Below, in pieces: positions 51,621 through 64,000 of a stretch of DNA of 64,000 nucleotides; within the stretch, counting starts at the first letter, position 1; each line of letters starts with the position of its first letter. The notes beneath the pieces were generated by a model. The model saw only the letters and a list, made by a program, of their open reading frames with translations. It made no database searches and was not told where the DNA came from. A program made the position numbers and the translations under genes. Origin of the DNA: Sphaerodactylus townsendi (lineage: Eukaryota); NCBI RefSeq assembly GCF_021028975.2, contig NC_059432.1, forward strand, positions 69,998,001-70,062,000. Reading direction: 5' to 3'.

Positions 51621-52644
51621 GTACAGTTAAATTTTCTTTATCTCTGGTTATTTTAGCCCTGACACATAATGCAACATCTTATTCCTTTTTATCTTATTTA
51701 TAAAACACCAGAGACTTCCTATGCTGTAAGATAATACTATATTCATGACATTTGCTTCCCCTGGGCAGCGAAATTAGTTTGTTTCATTTTTGGAATATTC
51801 CAGTCCTCTAACATGCATCCTCATTTTTGTAGCTGAATGAATACCCTTATTAAAAAGGTTGACAAGGTAAAGGCTAAACCAAAGTCTCCCATACTTCATT
51901 CACTAGAACGTTGTTGTATTTGTACCATATATCATATGCGACTGTCTCTTTCTGACATTGCTAAAGTAGCCCAGGTTGCTATATTCCGTGTTAGCTGCAA
52001 TAAGTTAACAAGTTTTCTCAATTCTAGTTATGCATCTTGTCACTGTTCTCACTGAGTACATACAAAAATGTAAACCTTGTACCAGTCTCATTTCGTAAGT
52101 GGTGAATGTTAAAGCTTTGTCTAACATTAGAGACAGAGTATGGAGCAGATGGAAGGTTATAAAATAGCTATCTGTAAATATGTCTAAACTAGGGGCAGAT
52201 ATTCACAAGGAGTCTATAGTGACTTATTTCATATGCCTTATTTCAGATGCAATGAAATGGGCAGGTTTCTGTGTGGAAAACACTCTAGCCTGTGTTTTTA
52301 CTGTTCTAAGTAAAAAGAGTTAAAGATGTGGAAACTTTTTTTTAATGGTGAATGAGTATATAATGTGGAAGCACGGGTGTGTTCTTTATGAAATGGTGTA
52401 TGCTGTTTCTGTTAGTTTGACGTAACATTTCCTCGATTTGGTTTTTCATATTTTAGTATAAAAGAGTAACATGTTAATGAGTTGAATGGACTTCCAGATA
52501 ATTTTTAACCAGTGAAGGGAAGATCTTTGATTATTTGTTCTAGTCTGCTGTAATTGTGAGACGCACGTGTAGATTCCCTAGGTATACGGGATTAATCTGA
52601 ACTACTTTCTTTTTTAAAAGCAATGTTTGACTTGATTCTTATAG

Positions 52645-52831
52645 TTGAAGGAGCAACCAAGCAAGCCAAGATAGCTTGCAATTCTCGCATGATCCCTTCT
52701 GCGCACCGCATGGTTGTGATGAGTCAGGTCTACAAGCAAACACTGGCAAAGAGCTCAGATACCCTAGAAGACAGTCACGTGAAGATTCATCGCTGCTGTG
52801 AATCCTTTATTTATTTGCTGTCTCCACTGAG
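52645..52831 (+). CDS. TBCCD1: TBCCD1 coding exon 4
   Basis: VEGATKQAKIACN...VVMSQVYKQTLAKSSDTL...VKIHRCCESFIYLLSPLR; 187 nt, followed by a 92-bp intron. Confidence 0.95.
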
Positions 52832-52923
52832 GTGAGTTCACTTTCTCTGATCCACCTTTGGAACGTATTTCCAAGTCATATTTCCCCGTGCTCAAGTCCA
52901 TCATTTTTTCCTCTCTCTTTTAG

Positions 52924-53421
52924 ATCTGTGAGCATAGAGAAGTGCAGGAACAGCACGTTTGTTCTGGGCCCAGTGCAGACTGTTGTTCACCTCTATAGCT
53001 GTGAAAATGTCAAAGTGATTGCCGTCTGCCGCCGCCTGTCTCTGTCATCTACAACCAGTTGTACTTTGCACATTCTCACTCCTACTAGACCACTCATCCT
53101 GTTAGGCAACCAAGCCATAACTTTTGCTCCCTTCCACACCCACTACCCAATGCTTGAGGACCACATGGGCAGGAGTGGCTTGGCCACAGTGCCTAACTAT
53201 TGGGACAATCCAATGTTGGTGTCCCAAGACAACTGTGACTGGAAGGTCTTCAGATTCCTTTCACCCGCAGAGTTTTACCCCTTTGTCATTCCATTTGAAA
53301 TGGAAGGTGACACAACAGAAACACCCGGTGGGCTGCCACCAGCATACCAGAAGGCATTGAGCCAACGAGAGCAGAGGATACAGATCTGGCAGAAGACTGT
53401 GAAGGAGGCTAAGCTGACGAA
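52924..53421 (+). CDS. TBCCD1: TBCCD1 coding exon 5 (TBCC/CARP domain)
   Basis: SVSIEKCRNSTFVLGPV...FAPFHTHYPMLEDHM...NYWDNPM...PFEMEGDTTE...WQKTVKEAKLTK; 498 nt. Confidence 0.96.
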
Positions 53422-54628
53422 GTAAGTACCAACTTATTTCAAGAGAGAAGATTTTGCTGCTTATAGTACATTGGGAGCACAGTGTAGTTGTGTTCATAGA
53501 TACTATTAGTTCATCATTGTGGAATGAATTGTACTTGTGTCCCCAATTTTGATTATTCTGCATGAACATCTATTCACTGCTTTGTTAGTTAGCTTATCTA
53601 AACCGTATTCTTGTCTGTTAATGGTTTTTAAGAGCCAACCTACAAAATACAGAGAAATATCTAGTCGGTGAATACAACAACATACTGTAGAGCCTGTCAC
53701 TGTTTCTGAAGCATGTGGGGTACTTTGTGTCTGGAGATGGAGCCTCTGGCCTCCAGTTCCCCTTCCCCACACACTCCACAGCCTCGCAGCCAATCCCAGG
53801 GATGGCCTGCTGCAGAACCAACCCTGGGATGAGAAGAGCCCTGGAAGGCTCAAGGCAGCCTCCCAGTCCCAGAACAAGCCTGGCCCAACTGCCACAGGGA
53901 CAGAAGTGTGATGGGGCTGGGTAGCCATATTTAAAGGCCCAGGCAGCACTCAGCCAAGGAGACTGGGGTTGGGGCGGGGCTTCAGGGGAATGGGGGAGGG
54001 ATATAAGGACGAGGGTTTTAAGGGCTGGGGAAGAAAGCTGGCCAGGCATCTTAGGAAAGGAGAGACTCAAGGACTGCCTTCTCTGAGACCCCATGACGAG
54101 CCCATAAGGACAACGGATCAAGGTGCCACAGGGCCCAAGTCGAAGGGACTTGACACTTTGCTCCCCAAAATAATATTTGGTTTATTTTTATTGTGCTGCT
54201 TGGAGCAAACTTATTTTGGAAATTATTTACAGCTTTATTTTCTTCCTTTGGCCTTTTATCATGTTTTAATTTGATCTGAATGAATGAGCTAAAAGTGGAC
54301 TTTGTTGGGCAGGCATGATATCGGCCAGAGACTCTGTTTTGTTGTGCAGAGTGGTAGAAGACAGGGCCACTTAAATGTCACAAGCTGTTGCACTGAGCTA
54401 TTTTCTGAAATTGAAAATATCATTGGAAAACCAACATTGTGACTTTAGAACATTAGAATGAAGAACTCTGTGACTTAATGTGTGTGATAGAAACCCTAAA
54501 ACATACTAGGCTCAAGAGTGCCACCTAGAGCATCTGGGATCTTGGACCCCTAGAGATTCCTTTAGAATGAGCTATTTGCTTATAGTACATTGGGAGCACA
54601 TTCCATATTGGACCATGCTGGCTGACTA

Positions 54629-55006
54629 ACAGTGCAATCCTAAGTGGTGAGGGAATTTTGCCCTGGCTGGGTGCTGTGCAGCTACACTGCCTCTAGATAG
54701 GATAGGATAGTTGCGCCACGGTCAGCAAGCTGACGGACATTCCCCCGAACCCCCTGGAACTGCTTTATGCTGTGGCTATCTTTTTTGCCAGCATAGGTCT
54801 GTGCTGGCCCCCTTTGGTGCTGGCATGGACCCCTGTGCTGGAGGAGTACTGGCACCATGGTGGCGCTGGTGCCCAAGGGTCATGCTGCCATATGGCTCCC
54901 CACAGCCAACCTAAGTGCCTCTGCAGCAATGTAAATGCACCCTACACTGGCTCAGGTGGCATTTATGTTAACATTGGGATTGTGCCATCTCTCAGGATTG
55001 CACTGT
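54629..55006. mobile_element. MITE with 13-bp TIRs
   Basis: TA|acagtgcaatcct ... aggattgcactgt|TA. Flanks can be read as TA or TWA, so the superfamily is uncertain. Confidence 0.75.
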
Positions 55007-56084
55007 TAATCTCTTTTAGACAGAGGACAATCTGGTTTGCACCACACAATCAATTTGTCATGGAAGTTCAGAGTCATGCCCAGGTGCTTGAGGGAGGTGG
55101 AGCTATATTGTATGAGGCTCTGATTGGTAAAGGTAGGTCTGACATTAGATATGAGGATTTGCATGGGATTGAAGAAAGCTATTTTATTGTTTCTCCAGTA
55201 TTGTGCTGGAAGACTGCCTTCTCAACGGGTCAGGCTGGTTGTTCTCAGGAGGTCTGAGTAGTGACAGCTGGATACCAGATAACTTTCCTTAGTCTAAGAG
55301 GAAAGGCACCATTTCCCCCTTTCTACTTTAACAGTGTTTTCTCATGAAGCATTTATTTTGTGTATGTATATATGCAGTCACTTAACTGCCCCAGGGAGGG
55401 GGGGGCGCCGTTCCCCGGTGCGTGCCGTTGGGTCACATGGGGGGTGGAAAATTGCCCCCTTCCCCCCTCGCCCCGCCTCACCAGACCTCGCTGGATGCCC
55501 CTGCTCAGCCCTGCCCCACCAGCCAGGGCCCCATTTTGCTCTGGGCGCCATTTCCCCCCTTACACCTTTGTATATATGTTTATAGTCTGTCTTTCTCAGT
55601 GGCACAAGGCTGATTACACGGAATGAATCAGTACAGTCAACTAAGTGGCACTTCCAAAAGATAATGCAATAGGATTTGACTTGTGGAGATCTCAAAAACC
55701 AACTAGAGGTGAACCACAGTATTTTCACACCGTTAAAATGAATGCAAAAATGACAGCAACAGACAATATGGACTGTACACAATGGTGTAGTCCACAATCC
55801 CTATCCCTCCATCCATGCTAGGCCTTTCTCTGAAGCGCAGTGTTACCGTTTAGCTCTATTACCTGTGCAAAAAGCTCTCTTAAGTAATTCAGTTTTACAT
55901 ACCTTATAGAAAACTAGAAAGGTAGGCACCTTCCTGACCTTGTTAGGCAGACCATTCCACAAAGTGGAGCCCACAACAGAGAATGTGCGTGTATGAGAAG
56001 TGGTTGATTTTGCCCATTTAATATGTCATATAAGCCTTATGATATCTATAGATTTCTTTCTTTAAAAAAAAATCTGATCCTTTC

Positions 56085-56432
56085 CAATGTGGTGTTGAAA
56101 GAGAGCGTTACCACCAAAAAACAAATACATGGGTTTTAGATCGAATCAAGCCAGAACTATCCGTAGGAGCTAGAATGATTAAACTGAAGCTATCATACGT
56201 TGAACACATTAGAAGACAAGAGTAACTGGGAAAAACAATAATGCTAGGAAAAGTTGAAGATGGCAGGAAAAGAGGAAGAACCAAAATGAGGTGGTTGGCT
56301 CTGTAAAGAAAGCCACGGCCCTCAGCGTACAAGACCTGAGTGAGACTGATAACAATAGGTAGTTTTGGAGGACATTGATTCACATGGTCACCACGAGTTG
56401 GAAATTACTTGATTGCACTTAACATGCACACA
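56085..56432 (+). mobile_element. RTE/BovB-type LINE 3' fragment
   Basis: KPELSVGARMIKLKLSY...EKTIMLGKVEDGRKRGRTKMRWL, characteristic of the RTE C-terminus. Confidence 0.8.
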
Positions 56433-56922
56433 GTCTTAAATTTCTCTTAAAACACACATAACCTGCTGCACGAAGATTTGGATCCAGTTGAGGTAATATG
56501 ACAGCATGTGTGAAGGCACAACAAAGGATTAGTGCGCATTTACTGTTTTCAAATCAGAATGTCACAGTGTGACACTGAGATTGATTGTGCGCCTTCTGTA
56601 GTGATTATATTTTCCCCATCTTTTTCTTATTGGAGCATCAAAATTAGTGAACTCATATGGGGAATATGCTGCTTACAAATGCTATACCGGGAAAAGTCTT
56701 TGAGAAGATGTCATTAAGGGGCTAAAACCTTATTGTTCTGTAGTAGAACTTCTGATTCCTAGCAGCTATTAGTAGAGCCCTTAATATGTCAACTAATACA
56801 CAGGAATGAATGTAAAAATGGAGGGTTAGAGGTTTCCTTTCATTACAGTGCTATGAAATAATTATTTCCTATAGATAACGTTGATGTTTTCTCTCCAAGA
56901 TTGACATCTATTCTGCTTACAA

Positions 56923-57108
56923 CAGTGGTTCTCAACCTTCCTAATACTGCGGCCCTTTAATACAGTTCCTCATGTTGTGGTGACCCCCAACCCTAACATT
57001 TATCCATTTTACAGATGGAGAACACTGATGCAGAGAGTCTTAGGCGACCCATGTGAAAGGGTCGTTCGACCCTCAAAGTGGTCCCAACCCCCAGGTTGAG
57101 AACCACTG
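56923..57108 (-). mobile_element. SPIN/URR1-like hAT MITE, copy 4 (inverted)
   Basis: 186 bp, perfect TSD gcttacaa. Confidence 0.9.
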
Positions 57109-57224
57109 GCTTACAAGGTTCCTGTGTATGAATGCTTCCTGTAAGTGGAAATTCAATTGTGATGCAGCTGTGAAGCTTCAACAGCTGAAGTTGGTATCAA
57201 GGGCACAAGAGTATAACCTAGACA

Positions 57225-57299
57225 CATTCATTCATTCATTCATTCATTCATTCATTCATTCATTCATTCATTCATTCATTCATTCATTCATTCATTCAT
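57225..57299 (+). repeat. (CATT)n microsatellite, ~18 units
   Basis: Direct reading. Confidence 0.97.
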
Positions 57300-58507
57300 C
57301 TATACTTGGTTTGTGTAAAAAAAAAACCCCAAACCCCAAGTATTAACTTGTAACATGGGCTTCTCTCTGCACATATCCCGTCACGAGTATTTCTGTTTTT
57401 GCTATTTGTTCTAACTACTAAGTTTCATTTTTCTCCTGCCTCAGGCACTACTTTATAAATTCAATATGGAGTTAGCTGTTACTTTGTGCCAGGTGAATAG
57501 TAGCATTTGGATAAAGAAGAAGCTCAACCAAGTTTCCAAATCTCACATTCTTTTTAGTTTATATAAACAAGAACATGATTTCTCTGTTCTGTTCCATTCT
57601 TCACCAATTGCTTAACTACTTTAAGAAAAAAAAACCTCCGAAGTCCTAACCAAACAGCTGATAAGGAAGCAAAAGTGAGCAAAATAACACTTTTGAGTAG
57701 AGGACATGGCTGATTTCAAAGAACTGCAATCAAAGGGAGTTTCTAACCCTGCCTTTTACTTATGTATTTCCACCACTCTGGCCCGGTATATGGAGATCTT
57801 CAGTTAAAACTAGAATTGAAGGCTCTGTGGAACTTTTCTTTTTACAAATCTGAGCAACCCCCTGCTGATAGAAGTAACCTGAACAAGATTGGAGAGGGTT
57901 CTTATTGGTGATGTTTCTCTCAACGATGGAGGATATCAGTTTTCTTTAGAGTAGGCACCCATTTTCCTGTTCAGGATTCTTGATAAAAACTCTTTTGGAA
58001 TGGCTTTCCCACAGAAGATTGTCAGGTTTGCTCTGTTGTATATTTTAGAATAGGCTTTTCCTTTTGTTTGGGGATGGTGAATGGATTTCTTTTTATCAGA
58101 GAAGGATACTCACTGCTTAGTTTTGTATTGGCTTGTTGCCATTTCACTTTAAAATACCTGTCCTTGTGTTATTTTCTTAACATTTTAGCTTGGAAGCAGG
58201 ACTTGTCTCTTTTAATTTCCTTTTTGTTCAACATCTATCTGTTAGGCATTTCATAGTATTTCTTTTTTCTTTTTAATCATTGTAAGGTACCCTGAAGGTT
58301 TGGCCTGAGGTTAAAGTGGATAATTGTCTCATTTAATCCACATGTACTAGGTGAAAGTATGTTTATTTGTGAGCAAATATCTTCACTGCTTGGTCTTGTA
58401 TTCACTGTGGATGGAAAGTTCCCTGTTAAGTATTGGACTCAAATGGTAAGAATATGTTTATAACTGTGTTCCACATACTCCAGGGCCACTGTTGTGATTC
58501 ATTTCAG

Positions 58508-58637
58508 GGATCAAAAGAAGACATTCCAGTTGTTGGTGGAAAACAAGTTCTACGAATGGCTCGTGCACACTGGTAGCCGTCAGCAGCTGGACAGTCTGGT
58601 GCCTCCTTCTGCAGGTTCCAAACAGGCAGCAGGATAG
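58508..58637 (+). CDS. TBCCD1: TBCCD1 last coding exon (stop TAG)
   Basis: DQKKTFQLLVENKFYEWLVHTGSRQQLDSLVPPSAGSKQAAG*; total CDS 1668 nt = 555 aa + stop. Confidence 0.95.
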
Positions 58638-60829
58638 CAAAACTTCTGAAGCCTCATTATGGCTAGGTGGGTTGAATGATTGCATCTTTTCTCCTTCATC
58701 ATACAGAAAGACTTCATGTTTGTTTACAATAAGACCATAATTGCCACGTTGGATACACCAGCAGTGCATCTAGCCTAGCATTGTGTTGCCTGTGTATAGA
58801 TGTATAAAAATAGATGTATTTTTATACCAGTTATTTAGCACTAACTAAGTAATTTAATTATTTAAATGGGTATGATTTTGTTTCATGTCGTCTTTTAGAT
58901 TTTTGGAAGTTCTAAGACAATTCTAGGACTGTTGTCTAAAAATCAGCACCCTCTTTGCACTTCAAGAAAATGCTCTTACAGTACATAGACATTTCTCTGT
59001 CTCTCCTTTTCAATTTATGTCCAGTCCCTCATCCCCTTAAAAGCATCATACAGATATTATAGAGAGCAGCGTTACAGGGCTAAAAACTAATCTTTCCTGA
59101 TGGATATATGCTTATCTTGTCCATAGTTCACTTGTCTTGTCTCACTTTTCTCTGAAGAGCCACCCAGGTAGCCAGTGTACTGGTCCTAGTAAGGATTCTG
59201 TATCTCTTGCGAAGGAAACGAAGCAACATCTCTCTAGCTTATCTTTGGAAACTCTGCAGTCTTGATGATTATAATGCTAGTGTGTTCACAGTACCTTAAA
59301 TAAACAGAAGTAATTTCCATCTGTACAGCATGACTTCTCCATCTCCTGCTGTAGCATGAAATACCAGCTGAAATCTGCTTTTGGGGGCAAGCAGACCACA
59401 GGAATAGTACGGAGTGGGCAACTTCCACAGAATTTCCCTGCCATCTGTGGGAAATCCTTCATAAGATTCAAACCGGTATATTTTATTAATTTATTTTTAG
59501 ATGCTTACCCCGCCCATCCCCGGAGGGCTAAGGTCAGCAACAAACAACATTTGCTTCTCATTACCCCTTGTGAATGGGGAATTGCTCTCTATTTTACTGC
59601 TTCTGGGGATGTTTACACTTTGGAATCTCACTGTTCATATGCAAACAAAAAAAGTGACTTGTGAATTTTCTAAATCTGAAAACTAACATGAATGGCTCCT
59701 TCATAAAAGGAAAATTAAATAACACTTTTTTTCAATTATGTTGCTTTTTCTAATGAAAAAATGTTGATTTAAATATTTTTGTACCACCGTTCTCCCACAC
59801 TGGAACATCGAAGAAACATGAACTAATTCTAAACTGAACACAAATATACAATCCACCTGTGCTGCATTAGACAGATGATGAGCCCCAAGCATGTCTGGTG
59901 CGGATACTGTTGGCCTTGTTCTCACGAAGCCCAGGCTTAAAAGCCTTTTGGCTCCTATCTCTAGCCAAGCTGAGGCTTTAAGTTAATGGCCAAAAGGGGG
60001 AAGGGGCAGATGCTGAGCCCAGGTCTTATTCAGGTACAGCTGGGTGCTCCCACTTCCGATCCGTTTCCTCGCCTCTGGCTAAGCACAGGCTTTAAGGTAC
60101 CTGCACATTCAGGAGAAGCAAAAATAAACTCTCACCAGCAATTGCAAAGAGAAAAAGAATATCCTGTAGATAGAAGTATCATTTTAAGCTGGATGTCTTC
60201 TAAATCCCACTCACTAGAGTTCCTTTTTCTTGTTATGTTTTCCATCCATACTGATTTCAAAGCATGCATGCCTAATTAGTCTAATGCTACAACTGTCAGC
60301 TGTCATTAATACTCTGGATTCATGGTGTTGGAAGACCTCTCTTAAAACTTTCCACTTGCAAGTTCACAGGCATTTAAAGCGATGAAGCCTTTCTTGCTTG
60401 CATAATTCTGATGTTACGTTTCTGAAAGACAGCTTCATACACATATGTGGACTAAACTGTGGCAGAGTTATGTCGGTGCGATGTTGGCTGTATCCTGAAA
60501 GCCCAAATATGTTCAAGACAGGCATGTAGGGGCCAGTGTCACAATTTTAAAATCTCCCATTTTGCTAATTTCATTATTTTTAATATATTGACTCAAAGTT
60601 ACAGTACAGAATAATCATGCTGACCTACAGATCAAAACTGTTTCCATGAGAATCGGATTAATGGGGCAATTCCAATAGGATGTTTATTTAGAAGTCTGGT
60701 GTGCTCCATCCTGGAGTCTTAAGATTTATTTTTATTTATTTATTGGGTTGTAACTATCTTAAATGAAACAAATACTGAATGCATTCTCTTGCAAAAAGTT
60801 TGCTCCCTGTGCTACTTTTTCCTTTTTCA

Positions 60830-61003
60830 GGCAAGCACAGGGTCATTACTGACCCATGTTTACTAGGCAGACTTTGTTTACAGAGCGATTTGCCATTGTC
60901 TTCCCCAGTCGTTTACACTTTACCCCCAGCAAGCTGGGTTCTCATGTTACTGACCTTGGAAGGAAGGAAGGCAGAGTCAGCATTAAGCCAGATACCTGAA
61001 ACT
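60830..61003 (-). mobile_element. Sauria SINE-like fragment
   Basis: cccagcaagctgggttctcat..actgaccttggaagga.ggaaggc.gagtca motif typical of Sauria SINE. Confidence 0.7.
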
Positions 61004-61304
61004 GAAGAAGAAGAAGAGTTGGATTTATATCCCCCCCTTTCTCTCCTGTAGGAGACTCAAAGGGGCTTACAATTTCCTTTCCCTTCTCCCCTCACAACAA
61101 ACACCCTGTGAAATAGGTGGGGCTGAGAAAGCTCGGAAGAGCTGTGACTAGCCCAAGGTAACCCAGCTGGTGTGTGTTGGAGTGTACTGGCTAATTTGAA
61201 TTCTCCAGATAAGCCTCCACAGCTCAGGCAGCAGAGCAGGGAATCAAACCTGGTTCCTCCAGCTTAGAGTATACCTGCTCTTAGCCACTATGCCACTGCT
61301 GCTC
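61004..61304 (-). mobile_element. tRNA-derived SINE (Squam3-like) nested in a Sauria SINE
   Basis: Reverse-complement copy beginning with (GAA)n. Confidence 0.85.
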
Positions 61305-63577
61305 CTGACTTCCACTCTGCACCATGGGAGCTCCTTATTTTTTATTTATCCATTTATTATGTGTGACTGAATCTTCATGGTGGGAAAGCCAATACATGCA
61401 ATAGTAAAAAAAAGAAGACAGGCTGAAGCTATGCAGTCACTCGAGGGAACAGAAGGGAGTGTGTGATTTGAGTTCTAGGTAAGGACATGAAGTCAGGAAA
61501 GAGTGGGCAGCTCAAACATGGTGGAACTTCTGTTAAAAGCCGAGTCTTCTCTTTAAGCACTTTTCCTGTTCCAGCTTTTTGGAATCTTTGGAAACATGAA
61601 AAATGACATGAAAACTTTTGCAGTACAAGAGAATGGGTTGATCTAGTAGGTACGTTCTGAATGGAAGGTGGGTGAAGTAAGAATTAGGAGAACATTCTTT
61701 AGAAACAGTGCTTTACATTTCTTTCTTTTATACACTGGCACAGTTTCAAAAATGATGTACATCTGACTTTTTTTTTTACAAGCCTAGGAAGTCATGCAGC
61801 GTATGTTTAAAAATTAGCTTTTTATAGAATGAATTTTCTAGACAATAAGACAAATGTCAGAATTTTTTTAGACAAAGGCTGTGGGCTTAAATACCCTTAC
61901 CTAAGAGTAAATTACTAGTGATTCTGAGTAAGCCTGCATAAAATTCATCTTCATATGTAATTCACTCAATAAGAAGAAAAAAATTGGGGACCTGAGGCTT
62001 TTCCATTCTATCAGCCTTCCCAAATTGCTTAACCTTTGTGAGGTTTTGATATATTTTCCCTATCCCAAATGAAATTGAAGCTGCAAGAATTGAACTTGAA
62101 ACTAGATTGCCTTGGATCAGAGTTTGAGATTTCTCAGCTGTCATGAGCCTTTTGAAGTATTTTCTGTCATATTTCCTGCAAGTATATCCGTTTTGGGGAT
62201 TTCACTGTTAAATCCTGACTCGAGTGCCTGTAGCTGTTTCACTAGCTCATTGAAACGCAGGGTTTTTTAAAATGTTTTTTTTTTAAAAAGCTTTTCTAAT
62301 TCTAATGTACATCTTTCCACAAAACAAAAACCCCTCAAATACCGGTAGTACAATTCTAACATTACTTTTTGGGGAGTGAGACCCTTTGAGTACACTTAGA
62401 TAGGATTCTGCTCAAGACTGGTCTCAAAGATAAATAAACTAAATTGACTTTAAGAGTACCACACTGAAATGCACCGTAACAGTATGGGGAAGATACTGCA
62501 TGTAGCTCGGCCTCTTCATACTTTCAGGAGGTTACACTTTCATTCCTACCTACCATCCTAGTAAAATACTGTTAGCAGGCCGTAGGATGTCACATGTGGT
62601 TAATTTCAGGCAGGGTCCCTAGTATTGCTCAGTCTGTGTGCACTCTTGAAATGCTGAGTAGTTGTCACTACAAAATGAATAGCATGGGTTCAGGGAGCAG
62701 TCACAGGATATTAGGAGGCTGAATGTGAAACTTTTTCCTGTGGTGCAGACAACTGTTTCGGCATGGGTGCTACCTTCAGATGCAGTGGTCCCAGGCTCTG
62801 ACTTCATGGAGGCAGAACAAAGCCAAGACTGACTATGGTTTGGGGAAGATCTGCTGTATTGAAGGAGCAAATGGGTACTGGAGAACCATTGACGGCTGCC
62901 ATGTTGGGAATCACTGAGTTTGTCAGCTCACATCTTACTTTCTTAAAATGGACATCTAAAAACATCCAAAAGCATAAATGTGACAAGCAAGTGCTTACAG
63001 AACACCAAGAACAAGTTTAGCTGCCAGGTACCCTTATCAGAAAATCAGAATTGGTGGTGATTTCCTGGCAAGTGTGCATGTGTTAGCCAACCCAGGTTTC
63101 CAGCAAGAAGAGAAGAGGCTCCAGGGGGGGTTAACAAATAAATTATGGAGCCACTGAAGAATAATTTTGATGGACTGGCTCAGGACCACAGCCAGAACGC
63201 CTCACCCAGTTTAAACTTCCATTCCATGGACATCTGGGAAGCTGCAATTTATTACTATGCAAAACAGAGAAATTGTTTTTAGCCAATGATAAATAGTCTC
63301 ATCCCTCCCCCCCCCCCACCTGTTCCTTGTGTTGTTATTTGTTGGTTGCTTTGTAAGCAAGGCACTTTGGTCCTCTCTGTTCCCCAGACTGCTTCTCCCA
63401 CAGGTAATGGCAGGGATTTTTTTCTCTTTTCAAGCTCCTCTGTAAATGGCTATAGCTGAACTCATCATTTATAAATTATATAATATTCAAAGCAGGGCTG
63501 GGAAACCATGTTGCCCCACGCCACTGAGATAGCATGCATGTCTTTATACTTTGAATATTTCCAACCCAGTCTTGGTG

Positions 63578-63780
63578 TTCTGACTCAGCAAAGCATTCAA
63601 AAGTTAATAATGCAACAGGCTACACAGGAACATAAAGGAGGCAATGAAGCCTGCCTATATTTTCTAATCCTGTTAGCTTTTCTAGAACTCATGAATAGGC
63701 TCAGAATCCCTGACTCAATTTTTGGATCCCATTCTCATGACGAAGCAAATGCCTGGTCTAAAAATGAGCTCACTATAAAA
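63578..63780 (+). promoter_or_regulatory. CRYGS promoter: T-MARE-like site, AP-1 site and TATA box
   Basis: TTCTGACTCAGCA at 63578-63590 (12/13 match to TGCTGACTCAGCA), TGACTCA at 63711, TATAAAA at 63774-63780. Confidence 0.72.
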
Positions 63781-63857
63781 TGAGGCTTTCCACTCCTGGC
63801 TCTTGTAGCTGCTTCTAGATTTTCTCCTCCACCCAGGTATCACACCTAGTATTGACC

Positions 63858-63878
63858 ATGTCTAAAACAGGAAGCAGG
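63858..63878 (+). CDS. CRYGS: Gamma-S crystallin, 21-nt coding exon 1 (gene continues off the right edge)
   Basis: accATG TCT AAA ACA GGA AGC AGG|gtaagt = MSKTGSR (human exon 1 MSKTGTK). TATA box upstream. Lies co-directionally downstream of TBCCD1, as in human 3q27. Confidence 0.85.
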
Positions 63879-64000
63879 GTAAGTATGCTTCTAGCCTCTA
63901 TTCTTTCCCACTGTCTGGAAAAAGGCAAAAGTCTTAATTGGTTTGCAAGCTTGGCGTTGGGTTGCCAGGTCCCCCTGGCCACCAGCAGGGGATGGAGCCA

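Noticed and set aside
53506-54274. 147-167 aa ORFs in a TBCCD1 intron
   Set aside because: Fall in a GC-richer repeat-like insert; no domain features or supporting splice structure

Overview
Vertebrate genomic DNA, most likely from a squamate reptile and probably a gecko (Sauria-SINE and Squam3-like SINEs, SPIN MITEs, CR1/L2/RTE LINEs). Gene identities come from my recall of the human proteins, not from a database search. The window holds five genes in this order: PFKL exon 1 (-, rest of gene off the left edge); a complete 4-exon PROCR/EPCR gene (+, 232 aa, MHC-I/CD1-like alpha1-alpha2-TM); a 10-exon DNAJB11/ERdj3 gene (-); TBCCD1 (+, 555 aa, 6 coding exons plus a probable non-coding first exon); and the promoter and 21-nt first exon of CRYGS (+) at the right edge. 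DNAJB11 exons 3 and 5 carry a stop codon and many small indels that look like uncorrected long-read errors. I found no convincing new biological system. The most notable items are: (1) PROCR sits between PFKL and DNAJB11, genes on three different human chromosomes; (2) this PROCR lacks the terminal Cys and changes some ligand-contact residues; (3) different hAT MITEs are stacked at the same 8-bp target site; (4) there is a ~209-bp near-perfect hairpin; (5) a ~295-bp segment is recopied into a (TA)n tract; (6) TBCCD1 has a GC-AG intron; (7) there are candidate HIF, ERSE-like and MARE elements. Most ORFs in the supplied track are spurious.
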